This document shows positions 18,279-28,625 of a stretch of DNA of 64,000 nt, one piece after another; within the stretch, counting starts at the first letter, position 1; every line of letters starts with the position of its first letter. Origin of the DNA: Desulfosoma sp. (GTDB taxonomy: Bacteria > Desulfobacterota > Syntrophobacteria > Syntrophobacterales > DSM-9756); assembly GCA_037481875.1 (NCBI GenBank), contig JBBFKY010000001.1, positions 285,782-349,781 of the forward strand, given 5' to 3'. The notes under the pieces are model-generated. The model saw only the letters and a program-made list of their open reading frames with translations, was not told the origin of the DNA and made no database searches. Both the position numbers and the translations under genes were made by a program.

Positions 18279-20921
18279 ATGGACGACGGCAAGGGTGACG
18301 ATATGTCCATGAAGCTCAAATGGCTCCAGCACGACCTTAACGGTTCTGCAGTAACTGGGTCTTTTCGGTCTTTACGCATTCGCACCAAACTGTGGCTCAC
18401 GTTGGTGCCTACGGTGGTGACGATTCTGGCCGTGACGGGATACGTGACGCACTGGTTTTCGCGTCAATTTCTTCAAGAATCGGTTAGCCGCACGGTGCTT
18501 TTACAGACCTTAGCGGTGGCGCACGAGTACGAAAGCATGATGTCTCGGTGCCGAGAAGATCTTGTGGAGTTGTCCCTCGGACCGGTGACCGAGGAAGGAT
18601 TGCGAAAAAAATGGGCCCATCTCAAGGCCGCGCGAGGGTGGGGTTACGTGGAAATGGGCTTCATGGACAAAAGCGGATCCAAAGCCATGATCTTGGCGGA
18701 ATCGGAAGAAGGCCTCGAGCGAGTCTCCTTGGAACCTGGGACTTCCCTGTGGGATGGTGTGGGGATAGCGTCGGCGGAAACCCAAGGCCCTTCGAAAGGC
18801 GAAGCTGGACCCTGGGTGAGTTCGATAGTCCATGTGGGGTATCGATCGAGGGATGGTTCGGTTTTTTATGGAAAGGCCACCCATGTGGTTCGATTCATTA
18901 GCCGGAGTGAATCGAGGGACGGCCAGGGTGAAGAAGGTTTTTTCTTTCTCTCCATGGACGCCCGGCAGTACAGGGATATTCTTTCGCTTTACAATTCCAG
19001 GCGTTCTCCGCTGTTTGGCTTTGTTCGCAGTCCGGAGTTGCGCTACCTCTATTTCATGGATCCTCAGGGGTGGATCCTTTTTCAATCAGAAGATGAGGTC
19101 GATGCAGGCAAAGCCCTCAATACCGATACGGCGCGAAGCGGCCTCACAGGAACTTTCGGGCGTCCTGGGCTTCCCTTTGCGTTTCGCCCCAATGTGGACC
19201 AGCGGGATTACTGGGAGATTGTCGGGAATATTCGCGAAAGGAAGTCCGGCGTTTTGGTGAGACGGATTTCTCCGACTTCGGAAAGCAAAGTGGATCGTGT
19301 CTACATCGGATATGCCCCGATCTTGTTCTCGCGGGGGCCCGATGGGGCGAGTCTCTACGGCGCCGTCGTTTTTGTGGACCGAAGCCGTCTCATAACCATG
19401 GCAGGGTACCGTCAAGTGGACGTGATGTTCATCATAAGCCTTTTGAGTTCCTTGCTGGTGGTCCTGCTTTTGTGGGGAATCAGCCGTGTGATCACCCGGC
19501 CCTTGTATCAATTGACGGCCGCGGTCAATGCCTTGCAGGAAAGCGGACACTTGGAAACGATAGAGATTCCGGACAAGGATCTTGAAACGGCCATGCTCAA
19601 GGAAGCTGTCAATGGACTGATTCAGCGCCTTCAGGAACAAATGGCGGCTTTGGAGATGCAAGACAGGCAGTTGCGGGAAATGATCATGCGGGAGAGGATC
19701 TCGTTGGAGGAGGAATGCGACGTTCTTCGGGTGGAGCGCGAAAAACTTCCGGAACCCTTGGCCAGGCTTGTGGGCCAATCCAGGGCGATGCAAAGGTTTC
19801 GTGAATTCATCATTCGGGCCGCGGTTGCCGAAGCGGATGTCCTGATCGTCGGAGAAACCGGAACCGGAAAGCAGCTGGCAGCTGAAGCCATTCATGCTCT
19901 CAGTCGCCGAGCCTCCCAGCCTTTTGTGGCCATCAACTGTGGCGCTTTGGATGAAAACCTGCTTCTGGACGCCCTTTTTGGTCATGTGAAAGGGGCCTTT
20001 TCCGAAGCCAAGGGCGATCGAAAAGGAGCCTTTTTGGCCGCCGACGGCGGAACACTTTTCTTAGACGAAATCGGCACGGCTTCGCCCAAAGTGCAGCAGG
20101 CTCTCTTGCGGGTTATTGCCGAGCGTCGAGTGCGCCCTCTTGGGAGCGACAGGGAAGTCCCTGTAGATGTGCGGCTCGTGGCCGCAACCAATGAGGATCT
20201 GTTGGATCTCACACGCCGAGGTCTCTTTCGCGAAGATCTCTATTACAGACTCAATGTGCTCACATTGCACACCCCTCCCCTGAGGGAACGCCGAGAAGAC
20301 ATTCCGCTCTTGGCGGCGCATTTTTTGGCAAGAGCCGGGCGTCAGTTCAAACGTCCCAACGTGTCCCTCACCCAAGGAGCCTTGGAAGCACTCATGGCGC
20401 ATCCCTGGCCTGGCAATGTGAGGGAGCTGGAAAACCGTCTCACTCGAGCGGTGACCATGGCAGAAGGATCTTTGATTCATGCCTCTGATTTGGAACTGGA
20501 TCGGGATCCTTTGATGAACGGCTCGGACTCTGTGGATACTTTGAAGGGAGTCTTGGAAGCACGTGCAAAGGGCGCCTCGACGGATGTGGGAGAATTGGGC
20601 GCGGTCCGTTTCGACGAAGGACAGAAAGAGGAACCGAAGCCATCGTCCAAGGGTGGACCTTCTTCCACCCTGGTGGAGATCAATGAGCGGCAGAGAAAAG
20701 CACTGGAAGCCATTCTTGAGCGAGGCCATATGACGCGTGCCGAGTACCAGGAGATTGTGGGAGGTGGAATCGCTCCACGGACGGCGCTCAGTGATTTGCA
20801 GGACTTGGTTGCCAAAGGGCTGCTCAAAAAAACAGGTCGAGGCCCGGCAACGCGCTACAGACTTTTGCATCGAGGACGCCTTGTGGCCTCTGGGAACCAA
20901 ACATTCGGAGGGTCTTCATGA
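18279..20921 (+). CDS. Membrane-anchored sigma54 enhancer-binding protein (TM, periplasmic sensor, TM, HAMP, AAA+, winged HTH); DVU0151-like
   Basis: TM1 LWLTLVPTVVTILAV, TM2 VMFIISLLSSLLVVLLLWGI, HAMP (ITRPL..LT), [24 protein letters not shown]-terminal wHTH; no receiver domain; alternative start 18303. Confidence 0.85.
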   Translation: MDDGKGDDMSMKLKWLQHDLNGSAVTGSFRSLRIRTKLWLTLVPTVVTILAVTGYVTHWFSRQFLQESVSRTVLLQTLAVAHEYESMMSRCREDLVELSLGPVTEEGLRKKWAHLKAARGWGYVEMGFMDKSGSKAMILAESEEGLERVSLEPGTSLWDGVGIASAETQGPSKGEAGPWVSSIVHVGYRSRDGSVFYGKATHVVRFISRSESRDGQGEEGFFFLSMDARQYRDILSLYNSRRSPLFGFVRSPELRYLYFMDPQGWILFQSEDEVDAGKALNTDTARSGLTGTFGRPGLPFAFRPNVDQRDYWEIVGNIRERKSGVLVRRISPTSESKVDRVYIGYAPILFSRGPDGASLYGAVVFVDRSRLITMAGYRQVDVMFIISLLSSLLVVLLLWGISRVITRPLYQLTAAVNALQESGHLETIEIPDKDLETAMLKEAVNGLIQRLQEQMAALEMQDRQLREMIMRERISLEEECDVLRVEREKLPEPLARLVGQSRAMQRFREFIIRAAVAEADVLIVGETGTGKQLAAEAIHALSRRASQPFVAINCGALDENLLLDALFGHVKGAFSEAKGDRKGAFLAADGGTLFLDEIGTASPKVQQALLRVIAERRVRPLGSDREVPVDVRLVAATNEDLLDLTRRGLFREDLYYRLNVLTLHTPPLRERREDIPLLAAHFLARAGRQFKRPNVSLTQGALEALMAHPWPGNVRELENRLTRAVTMAEGSLIHASDLELDRDPLMNGSDSVDTLKGVLEARAKGASTDVGELGAVRFDEGQKEEPKPSSKGGPSSTLVEINERQRKALEAILERGHMTRAEYQEIVGGGIAPRTALSDLQDLVAKGLLKKTGRGPATRYRLLHRGRLVASGNQTFGGSS

Positions 20922-23530
20922 GGAATCTGTGGCAACGGCTCAAGAATCGATTAGGCTTGGAGCGAGAACAAAACCCAGAGCACATTGCCGACATTTTTCG
21001 TTTCAAGTACAGCCACTTCAAAGATCTGCTGCAGTCCAACACGGATCTGGCTCAGATCATTGCAGACATGAGCGAGAAACTACAAGGTTACCACATCTTC
21101 GGCATGGGATACGTACGCTCCAAGGCGAGCCTGGCCATGTCTCAGGCGGTGCGTATGGTGCGCGCTCTCAATGCTCTGTCTTTTCACCGATACGCTGCTT
21201 TGGAACAGGCTTTGGAAAAAATTCGAATGGCTATAGTGAAGGAATTGGAGTCGGAGCTGGAGAAAACCGAAGAGTGTCCTGAACTGGTGATCCCGTTGGA
21301 AAAAGTGCACCGGGGCATGGTGGACTGGGTGGGAGGAAAGAGCGCCAACCTTGGTGAGATCACAGCTCGTGCAGGACTTCGTGTACCGGAAGGTTTCGCC
21401 GTCACCACTCGAGCTTTCCAATTGTTTATGGATCAAGGGGATCTTCGAGATTGGATTCGAAAGTACAAAAACGAAACGGACATGTCCTCGCCGGCTTCTG
21501 TGCAGGAACTGAGTGAAACCGTGCAGCACCTGATCTTGCGTACCCCTGTGCCTCGAGAACTTCAGGAAGCTCTGCTGTCAGCTTACGATACTCTGGCAAC
21601 CCACGTGTCTCAAAGGGATGAGCTGAAATGGGATGTGCGGGTTGCTATGCGTAGCAGCGCCATCGGGGAAGACAGCGATCTTTCCTTTGCGGGTCAGTAT
21701 GTAAGCGTTCTCAATGTGGAGCGTTCGAAGCTGGCGGATACATACCGGATTATCGTGGCCAGCCTTTATACGCCTCGAGCCATTGCCTACCGGTATCAGA
21801 AGGGGATTCGAGACGAAGACACGGCCATGGGCGTCACGGTGTTGGAAATGGTTGATTCTGTAGCCGCCGGAGTCGCCTATTCCACGAATCCATTGGACCC
21901 GAATCCTGAAGAATTGTTGATTTCCGGAATTTACGGTTTAGGTCCTTACGTGGTGGAAGGCGTGATGACGCCCGATATGGTGCGGGTGTCCAAGAAACCA
22001 GGTTTTCATATTTTAGAAAAAAAACCGTCCTTCAAGCCGGTGCGCCTGGTCATGAATGAGGAGGGGGGACTGAGGGAGGTTCCTGTGCCAGAGTCGGATA
22101 GAGACCGATTGTGTCTTTCGGATGAGACCATTCAACGGTTGGCCGAGGCTGTCACACGGTTGGAAAAACACTTTGGGGGCCCCCAGGACGTGGAGTGGGC
22201 GGTGGACGGGAGGGGAGAGCTGTTTATTCTTCAGAGCCGTCCATTGCAGATTCTTTGGGAGTCTGTTGAAAGCGCTTCGGCGGAGGGAGAGTCCGGTGAG
22301 AATGAGCCTGGAGTGCTTGCAGCCGGAGGCGCCACGGCCGTGCCGGGGGTCGGGTGCGGAACGGTGTATACGGTTCGAAATGATGAAGACTTGGCTGACT
22401 TTCCTCAGAACGGCGTGCTTGTGGCGGCGCATTCGTCGCCATCCTATGTGGTCGTGATGGCTCGAGCGGCGGCCATTGTCACGGAGGCCGGCAGTATCAC
22501 GGGGCACATGGCTTCCGTGGCCAGAGAATTCGGTGTCCCAACACTTCTTGGGGTTCCTGGTCTGATGCGTGTTTTGAAACCAGGCCTTATGGTCACAGTG
22601 GATGCCTTGCGACGTCGTATCTATGACGGCGTTCGAGAAGATCTGATCCGGGAGTCTCAAGAAAGACGTCCGTTCATGAAAGGAACACCTGTTTATGAAA
22701 GCTTGAGCCGAGTCGCCAGGTGGATTGTCCCTTTGAACCTGGTGGATCCTCGAGATGCCTCTTTTCGGCCGGAAGGATGCCGCACCTTACATGATGTCAT
22801 GCGCTTTGCCCATGAAATGTCCTACCAGGAAATGTTTCGGTTAAGCGACAGTTTTGCCGAGGGCGAAGGCCGAGCCGTTAAGGTGGAAGCTCGGTTGCCC
22901 ATCGATCTTTATGTCATTGACCTGGGTGGAGGGTTAGCGCCGGTAGGCGCCCATGGCTCTCGAGTGCACCTGGAACATTTGACATGCGCCCCTTTGCGGG
23001 CGCTTCTGGAAGGCATGACCCATGAAGCCCTGCAGGAACAAGGGCCGAGGCCGGTGCATCTCAAAGGTTTTTTGTCCGTCATGACCGAGCAGATGCTTTC
23101 GCCACCTCGTTTGGGCGCCGAAAGGTTCGGTGACAAGAGCTATGCCATCATTGCGGACCGATACATGAACTTCAGTTCCCGGGTCGGTTATCACTACAGC
23201 ATTGTGGACACATACAGCGGCCAAGATTCCCACAAAAATTACATCACCTTTTCCTTCATGGGAGGTGCGGCCGATGAGGTTCGGCGAAACCGACGTGTGA
23301 GAACCATCGGCCGCATTCTGGAACACATGGATTTTCGCGTCGATGTGGTCGGGGATCGCGTGACGGCTCGTGTCCTAAAGTATCCCCTCGAGAAAATTCT
23401 GGAGCGCCTGGAACGACTCGGTCGCCTGCTTCAGTTCACGAGACAGTTGGATATGTTTATGGAAAGCGAACGTTCCGTGGAGGAATTGGCCCGCCGCTTC
23501 CTGGAAGAACAGTATTCTTTGACCGCCTGA
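20918..23530 (+). CDS. PEP-synthase-related protein 1 (ATP-grasp PPDK_N, phospho-His swivel domain, atypical C-terminus)
   Basis: VGGKSANLGEI, RSSAIGED..SFAGQY, PQDVEWA..ILQSRP; His domain GSITGHMASVAREFGVP. Confidence 0.85.
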   Translation: MRNLWQRLKNRLGLEREQNPEHIADIFRFKYSHFKDLLQSNTDLAQIIADMSEKLQGYHIFGMGYVRSKASLAMSQAVRMVRALNALSFHRYAALEQALEKIRMAIVKELESELEKTEECPELVIPLEKVHRGMVDWVGGKSANLGEITARAGLRVPEGFAVTTRAFQLFMDQGDLRDWIRKYKNETDMSSPASVQELSETVQHLILRTPVPRELQEALLSAYDTLATHVSQRDELKWDVRVAMRSSAIGEDSDLSFAGQYVSVLNVERSKLADTYRIIVASLYTPRAIAYRYQKGIRDEDTAMGVTVLEMVDSVAAGVAYSTNPLDPNPEELLISGIYGLGPYVVEGVMTPDMVRVSKKPGFHILEKKPSFKPVRLVMNEEGGLREVPVPESDRDRLCLSDETIQRLAEAVTRLEKHFGGPQDVEWAVDGRGELFILQSRPLQILWESVESASAEGESGENEPGVLAAGGATAVPGVGCGTVYTVRNDEDLADFPQNGVLVAAHSSPSYVVVMARAAAIVTEAGSITGHMASVAREFGVPTLLGVPGLMRVLKPGLMVTVDALRRRIYDGVREDLIRESQERRPFMKGTPVYESLSRVARWIVPLNLVDPRDASFRPEGCRTLHDVMRFAHEMSYQEMFRLSDSFAEGEGRAVKVEARLPIDLYVIDLGGGLAPVGAHGSRVHLEHLTCAPLRALLEGMTHEALQEQGPRPVHLKGFLSVMTEQMLSPPRLGAERFGDKSYAIIADRYMNFSSRVGYHYSIVDTYSGQDSHKNYITFSFMGGAADEVRRNRRVRTIGRILEHMDFRVDVVGDRVTARVLKYPLEKILERLERLGRLLQFTRQLDMFMESERSVEELARRFLEEQYSLTA

Positions 23531-23606
23531 AATGACTTGCCGCAATAACGGCTATAGGAAGCCGACAAGAAACAAGGATGACCGCTGATTTGGTTATCAT
23601 TTGTAT

Positions 23607-23744
23607 GTAGGGGCAAGGCACCGCCTCGCCCCTGCAACCCTGAAACTGTGTCTCTTTATGGAAGGGAGCACGGAGTCCCGGCCCGCCTATTCTGCGACCG
23701 GCACGCTCGCCTTCCCAGGGAAAGACTCGTTGTCGGACAAGCTC
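23607..23744. repeat. REP-like palindrome plus MITE-like terminal motif
   Basis: GTAGGGGCAAGGCACCGCCTCGCCCCTGC (23607-23635); GTTGTCGGACAAGCTC (23729-23744) is the exact reverse complement of 38433-38448. Confidence 0.7.
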
Positions 23745-23778
23745 GATGGGTGCTTTGTGGCCACGTTGCGACGGAAGG

Positions 23779-24180
23779 TCAGGAGCGCTGCACCTTTTCT
23801 TTGGCTCTTTTCTTTTCCAAAGCCCCTTCGATCTTGGCTACCAACTCGTCGATAGGGCACGGTTTGAGAAGATACTCGTATCCGCCAAGGCGCATAATTT
23901 CAACGGCGGCATCCACATTGGCGTGGCCTGTGAGAACAATGACTTCAGGCAAAGGGTCCATGCTTTTTATCTTCGCCAAGGCTTGAATGCCGTCCATGCC
24001 GGGCATTTTCACATCCAAGACGATCACGTCCACATCTCCTTGCTGAAGACGCACCATAGCCTCGTGGCCGGATCCGGCTTCCTCCACCTCAAAGCCCCTC
24101 TTCCTTAGGAGTTTTCCCATGGTCGTTCGAAACCGTTCCTCATCGTCCACAAGAAGGACGCGTGCCGTTTGCGATGTCAT
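23779..24180 (-). CDS. Single-domain response regulator
   Basis: LVDDE, LDVKMPGMDG, LTGH, YLLKP. Confidence 0.9.
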   Translation of the reverse strand: MTSQTARVLLVDDEERFRTTMGKLLRKRGFEVEEAGSGHEAMVRLQQGDVDVIVLDVKMPGMDGIQALAKIKSMDPLPEVIVLTGHANVDAAVEIMRLGGYEYLLKPCPIDELVAKIEGALEKKRAKEKVQRS

Positions 24181-24191
24181 GCCGGGACCTC

Positions 24192-25154
24192 CTATTCCAG
24201 TTTTTTCTGTAATGTGTCAGGTCGGCGAGGCAGCCTTACGGTGAAACGGCTGCCGCAACCCTTTGAGGATTCCACAAAAATCAAACCACCGAGGGCGGTG
24301 ACGATCTTTTGGCAAATGGCCAAGCCCAAACCGGTTCCTCGAGTCGGGTCCTTGGTGCTGAAAAAAGGGTCAAAGAGATGAGGCACATGGGATGGACTGA
24401 TACCGCAACCCGTGTCGGCAATGGAGATATCGACCCAACCCTTGGCATCTTCCTGGGTTGTCACGATCACCGTTCCTTGAGACTCAATGGCTTGAACGGC
24501 ATTGTTCAAGAGGTTCAAGACAACCTGACGGAGAAGAGGTGGATCCGTCCATAAGGGGACCATGGAGTCTTGGTAAGATCTTTGAAAGGTGATGTTTTTC
24601 TCTTTGGTGATCCGCTCCACCAATCGAACCATTTCCTCAATCAATCCGTTGACATCGACCCACTGAAGCACGGGCTGGCTTTTGCGTGCAAAATTGAGCA
24701 GCCTGTGAGTGATTTCGGCGCATCGGGACACCTGTGAGGCGATGACCTGAAGAGAATCTTGGATTTCCTGGGCTGCCTCGGGGTCGGAGGGTGGATGTTC
24801 CTTGAGAAGTTCCAGAATCCATTCCGCTTCTCGGCCGATGACAGCCAGAGGATTGTTCACTTCGTGGGCGATCCCCGAGGCCATTTCACCGATGGTGGCC
24901 ATTTTTTGCGCCTGCAATAATTGGCGTGTGGTGAACTCATCTTTCGCCCGTTCCAGAACGAGCATGCGGACCAGAAGAAAGCTGACCCCCAAGGACAAAA
25001 CCGCCCATGGAACAAGGATGGCCGTTAGGGAACACAGCCCCTGAGCCAATGCATGCCCACCAATGCCCAAAGCCCCCAAAGTTGGAAGATAGGCCCAGAA
25101 GAACCGTAGATGCTCTTTCATGAAATCATTATCCCTGTCCCTTTGAAGACGCAC
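24192..25154 (-). CDS. Minimal two-TM histidine kinase (no obvious sensor domain)
   Basis: H-box GIAHEVNNPL, N-box NLLNNAVQA, DTGCGI, GTGLGL. Confidence 0.88.
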   Translation of the reverse strand: MRLQRDRDNDFMKEHLRFFWAYLPTLGALGIGGHALAQGLCSLTAILVPWAVLSLGVSFLLVRMLVLERAKDEFTTRQLLQAQKMATIGEMASGIAHEVNNPLAVIGREAEWILELLKEHPPSDPEAAQEIQDSLQVIASQVSRCAEITHRLLNFARKSQPVLQWVDVNGLIEEMVRLVERITKEKNITFQRSYQDSMVPLWTDPPLLRQVVLNLLNNAVQAIESQGTVIVTTQEDAKGWVDISIADTGCGISPSHVPHLFDPFFSTKDPTRGTGLGLAICQKIVTALGGLIFVESSKGCGSRFTVRLPRRPDTLQKKLE

Positions 25155-25410
25155 GCCTCCATTTCATGAAGCAAAACCCGCGCCCACAGGAGGCAAAAAG
25201 GGTCGACGGTAACAAGGCCGCCCATGGCATTCTGGGGCGGACACATCGGTCCGCCTTCACAGGGGCCGGGCAAGGTGCCGGCTGTGTTTGACGAACTGTA
25301 AAAGGTTCTGACAGCGAAAATTCTGTCCACACCTGGCCGGGGTGCACGGTTTGGCATTCAGAACGGCTGAAGATTAGCCTTTTTCAAAGGGAAGAGGCGA
25401 CCGGTTATCC

Positions 25411-25425
25411 TGGCACGTTCATTGC
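25411..25425 (+). promoter_or_regulatory. sigma54 -24/-12 promoter
   Basis: TGGCACGTTCATTGC, a near-perfect consensus about 100 bp upstream of 25529. Confidence 0.8.
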
Positions 25426-25528
25426 CCGTCCAGAAAACCGTAAGCCGAGAAACAGGATTTGTTGCGATGGCTGGTGTTCGTCAACCGGTACGAATCGCTC
25501 GTTCAAGTGGAAAAGGACCACCGCGTTC

Positions 25529-25978
25529 ATGGACCGACCGTTTCGCATCCTGGTAACCGACCGAAACCGTCATGTGCGCGCCTTTCTTCGAAGGGAACTC
25601 ACACAAGACGGATACGAGGTCATGGAAGCCGGAGACTGTCGGGAAGTGCAAAAAATTCTACGTTCTCCCGTGATCGTGGACCTTTTGGTTTTTGATCCGG
25701 ACATTGCTTGGGAGAGCCATCGCCTAATCTTGCGGAATCTTCGAGAGCGATATCCATCAATGCGCGTGGTGCTTCACAGCCTTTGGGACGATGCGTGCCT
25801 GGTCCAGCACGTGCACGCTGCGGTGTCCAAAACGGGATCCCTTAAGGAATTGAAAGAGGTGGTGTCTCGCCTGCTCGCACCTGAGGTTTTGGAAGACCCA
25901 ACGAAGCCAAACTCCTGCGAAGGCTCATGGCCTCAGTCAAGGGACAAGGAAGGGGAACGGAATGATCACGGCGGATGA
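25529..25978 (+). CDS. Atypical receiver-domain protein
   Basis: Receiver fold pattern ILVTDRN..GYEV.EA..LLVFDPD..VVLHS; acidic pair and KP motif degenerate. Confidence 0.65.
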   Translation: MDRPFRILVTDRNRHVRAFLRRELTQDGYEVMEAGDCREVQKILRSPVIVDLLVFDPDIAWESHRLILRNLRERYPSMRVVLHSLWDDACLVQHVHAAVSKTGSLKELKEVVSRLLAPEVLEDPTKPNSCEGSWPQSRDKEGERNDHGG

Positions 25979-27743
25979 AAGGTACTACAGCAGCCTGCGC
26001 CGTAACATCATGGCCATTATCATCACCGTGTCCCTGATGCCTCTGCTGGCCATGATGGCCATTGCCGGCTACCAGTTTCACACGGCTTATCGGCACAAGG
26101 TGGTGGACCATCTGGCCGCTCTTGTGGAACGTCACGCGGTGCATATAGACACCTTTCTTAACGAAAAACTTGCGGATATCAGCTCCTTGGCGGCCATTAA
26201 ACCTTTAGAAAAGCTTCAGGACCCTCAGGAGATGGAAAACATTCTGGCCATGTTTCAAGAAAAGCACAGGGGGGTCTTTGTGGATTTGGGCCTTGTGGAT
26301 GAACAAGGGACGCAGGTGGCGTACGCCGGCCCGTTTCGGTTGATTCGTGCCCAATACAGGGACGCCTCATGGTTTCGAGAAGCCATGAACCAGCCCTTTA
26401 CGATCAGCGATGTTTTCCTTGGACTGCGTGGGCTGCCGCACTTCATTGTGGCCGTGCGCATTGACAAGGGTGGGCATCAATGGGTTCTGCGATCCACCAT
26501 CGATTTTGTCGCTTTTAACCGGCTTGTGGAAGAATTGCGGGTCGGTAAAACAGGCCAGGCTTTCATCATCAATACCGAAGGGCAGTTTCAAACTCAGCCC
26601 CACACCAAGCTTGGATTGAACCCAAAAGAGCTTCTACGTGTTGTTCGCGGGGAGCATTCGAGCAAGATGGAAATTTATCCATCGGCAGTGGAAGGACTCA
26701 ATATCACGGAGAGTTTCGGCGCCGTTGCCAGAGATCCCTACGCATCAGGCGCAGCCTACTGGTTTGAATATACCGTCCCTGAAAGCCAAAGTCGGTTTCT
26801 TGTCTTCTATCAAAGTCTTAAAGGGGGTCGCTGGTACCTTTTTTATGTCCAGGAAACACAGGACGCCTTCCATGATCTCTACAAGGCCCGGGCACTCACC
26901 CTAGGGGTTCTGGCCCTCAGTGCGTTGGGGGTGGCTTTCACGGCATGGGCTCTGTCACAACGCGTGGTTCAGCGCATTATTCAGGTGGATCGTGAAAAGG
27001 AGATGATGAACGAACAGGTCATCGAGGCGGGAAAGCTGGCATCCATTGGGGAACTGGCGGCAGGGATCGCTCATGAAATCAATAATCCGGTGGCCATCAT
27101 GGTGGAAGAAGCCGGATGGATTCAAGATCTGCTGCAGGACATGGAGCGGGGAGAATCTTTGGACGTGGAGGAAGTGCGCCGTTCTCTGGCCCAAATACGG
27201 ACCCAGGGGGCTCGATGCAAAGAGATTACCCACAAACTCCTAAGCTTCGCGCGTCGCACTGATCCGACCGTGCAGCAGGTTCAGATCAATAAGCTTGTGC
27301 AGGAAGTGGTGGCATTGGTGGAACAGAGGGCTCGATACGCCGGTGTGAACGTTCGAACGCATTTGACGGACAACCTTCCTTGGGTGGCCATGTCACCTTC
27401 CGAAATGCAACAGGTGCTTCTGAACCTCATTAACAATGCTTTGGACGCCATGGAAAAGACCGGAGGAACGCTGGATATCACCACACGTTACGACAACGGT
27501 CGAGTGATCGTGGACGTGGCGGACACAGGGGAAGGGATTCCTCAGGCAAACCTGCAAAGGATCTTTGACCCTTTTTTTACTACCAAACCCGTAGGCAAGG
27601 GAACCGGCCTCGGGCTCTCCATCTGTTATGGCATTGTGCGAAAGATGGGAGGTGACATCACGGTCAACAGCGCCGTCGGTGTGGGAACCACGTTTCACAT
27701 TCACTTGCCTGCGGGTGACGGGGTTGTGGAAAGGCCTTTCTGA
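25962..27743 (+). CDS. Cache-domain sensor histidine kinase (paralog of 10581-12251)
   Basis: Shares VDLG..D.QG..VAY.GP and ISDVFLG.R..PHF with the other Cache kinase; H-box [16 protein letters not shown]. Confidence 0.9.
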   Translation: MITADERYYSSLRRNIMAIIITVSLMPLLAMMAIAGYQFHTAYRHKVVDHLAALVERHAVHIDTFLNEKLADISSLAAIKPLEKLQDPQEMENILAMFQEKHRGVFVDLGLVDEQGTQVAYAGPFRLIRAQYRDASWFREAMNQPFTISDVFLGLRGLPHFIVAVRIDKGGHQWVLRSTIDFVAFNRLVEELRVGKTGQAFIINTEGQFQTQPHTKLGLNPKELLRVVRGEHSSKMEIYPSAVEGLNITESFGAVARDPYASGAAYWFEYTVPESQSRFLVFYQSLKGGRWYLFYVQETQDAFHDLYKARALTLGVLALSALGVAFTAWALSQRVVQRIIQVDREKEMMNEQVIEAGKLASIGELAAGIAHEINNPVAIMVEEAGWIQDLLQDMERGESLDVEEVRRSLAQIRTQGARCKEITHKLLSFARRTDPTVQQVQINKLVQEVVALVEQRARYAGVNVRTHLTDNLPWVAMSPSEMQQVLLNLINNALDAMEKTGGTLDITTRYDNGRVIVDVADTGEGIPQANLQRIFDPFFTTKPVGKGTGLGLSICYGIVRKMGGDITVNSAVGVGTTFHIHLPAGDGVVERPF

Positions 27744-27769
27744 GGAATGGAAACTTTAAAGAAGGAGGA

Positions 27770-28210
27770 ATGTGCATGAATCGGACGGTCGTAATGCTCG
27801 TGGACGACGAAGTACCGTTTGTGGACACCATGACCCGGCGGCTGAGCAAGCGGGGACTTGAAATCCTTCAAGCTTACAGCGGCTTCGAGGCCCTGGAAAG
27901 CCTTGCCAAGAACCAAAAAGTGGACGTGGTCGTCCTGGACGTCAAGATGCCCGGCATGGATGGCATTGAAACCCTGAGGGAAATCAAAAAGGCTCATCCC
28001 TTGGTGGAAGTCATCATGCTCACAGGCCATGCCACGGTGGAAACGGCCATTGAAGGGATGCGGCTCGGCGCCTTTGACTACCTCATGAAGCCCTGTGACA
28101 TCGAGGAGTTGGTGGGCAAAGTTCAGGAAGCCAAGGAAAAGAAAGCTCGCCATGAAGACAAGATCATGGAAGCCAAGGCAAAGGCGATTGCTCTTCGTCG
28201 TGGTGACTAA
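27770..28210 (+). CDS. Single-domain response regulator
   Basis: LVDDE, LDVKMPGMDG, LTGH, YLMKP. Confidence 0.9.
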   Translation: MCMNRTVVMLVDDEVPFVDTMTRRLSKRGLEILQAYSGFEALESLAKNQKVDVVVLDVKMPGMDGIETLREIKKAHPLVEVIMLTGHATVETAIEGMRLGAFDYLMKPCDIEELVGKVQEAKEKKARHEDKIMEAKAKAIALRRGD

Positions 28211-28225
28211 GGACTGGATAGGCCC

Positions 28226-28621
28226 ATGACCAGCTCAGATACCTCCAGACCGCATGAGCTACGCGTACTCTTGGTGGACGACGAAAGAGGCTTTGTCGAT
28301 GTGCTGGCCCGGCGCCTCAGTCGACGTGCCATGCGTGTGACCACGGCCTGCAGTGGCGCCGAGGGCATTCAAAAGCTTCGACATGAGAAATTCGATGTAG
28401 CGGTCCTGGATCTCAAGATGGAGGACATGGATGGAATCGATGTTCTGAAAATTTTCAAGAAAATCGATCCCTGTATGTCGGTGATCATGTTGACGGGTCA
28501 TGGCTCGGAACAGGCGGCTCGAGAAGGCTTGACCCACGGGGCTTTTGACTATCTCACCAAGCCCTGTGAATTGGAGGAATTGGTCGAAAAGATTCATCGA
28601 GCTGTGGAAGCGGTGAGGTGA
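28226..28621 (+). CDS. Single-domain response regulator
   Basis: LVDDE, LDLKMEDMDG, LTGH, YLTKP. Confidence 0.9.
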   Translation: MTSSDTSRPHELRVLLVDDERGFVDVLARRLSRRAMRVTTACSGAEGIQKLRHEKFDVAVLDLKMEDMDGIDVLKIFKKIDPCMSVIMLTGHGSEQAAREGLTHGAFDYLTKPCELEELVEKIHRAVEAVR

Positions 28622-28625
28622 TTTC

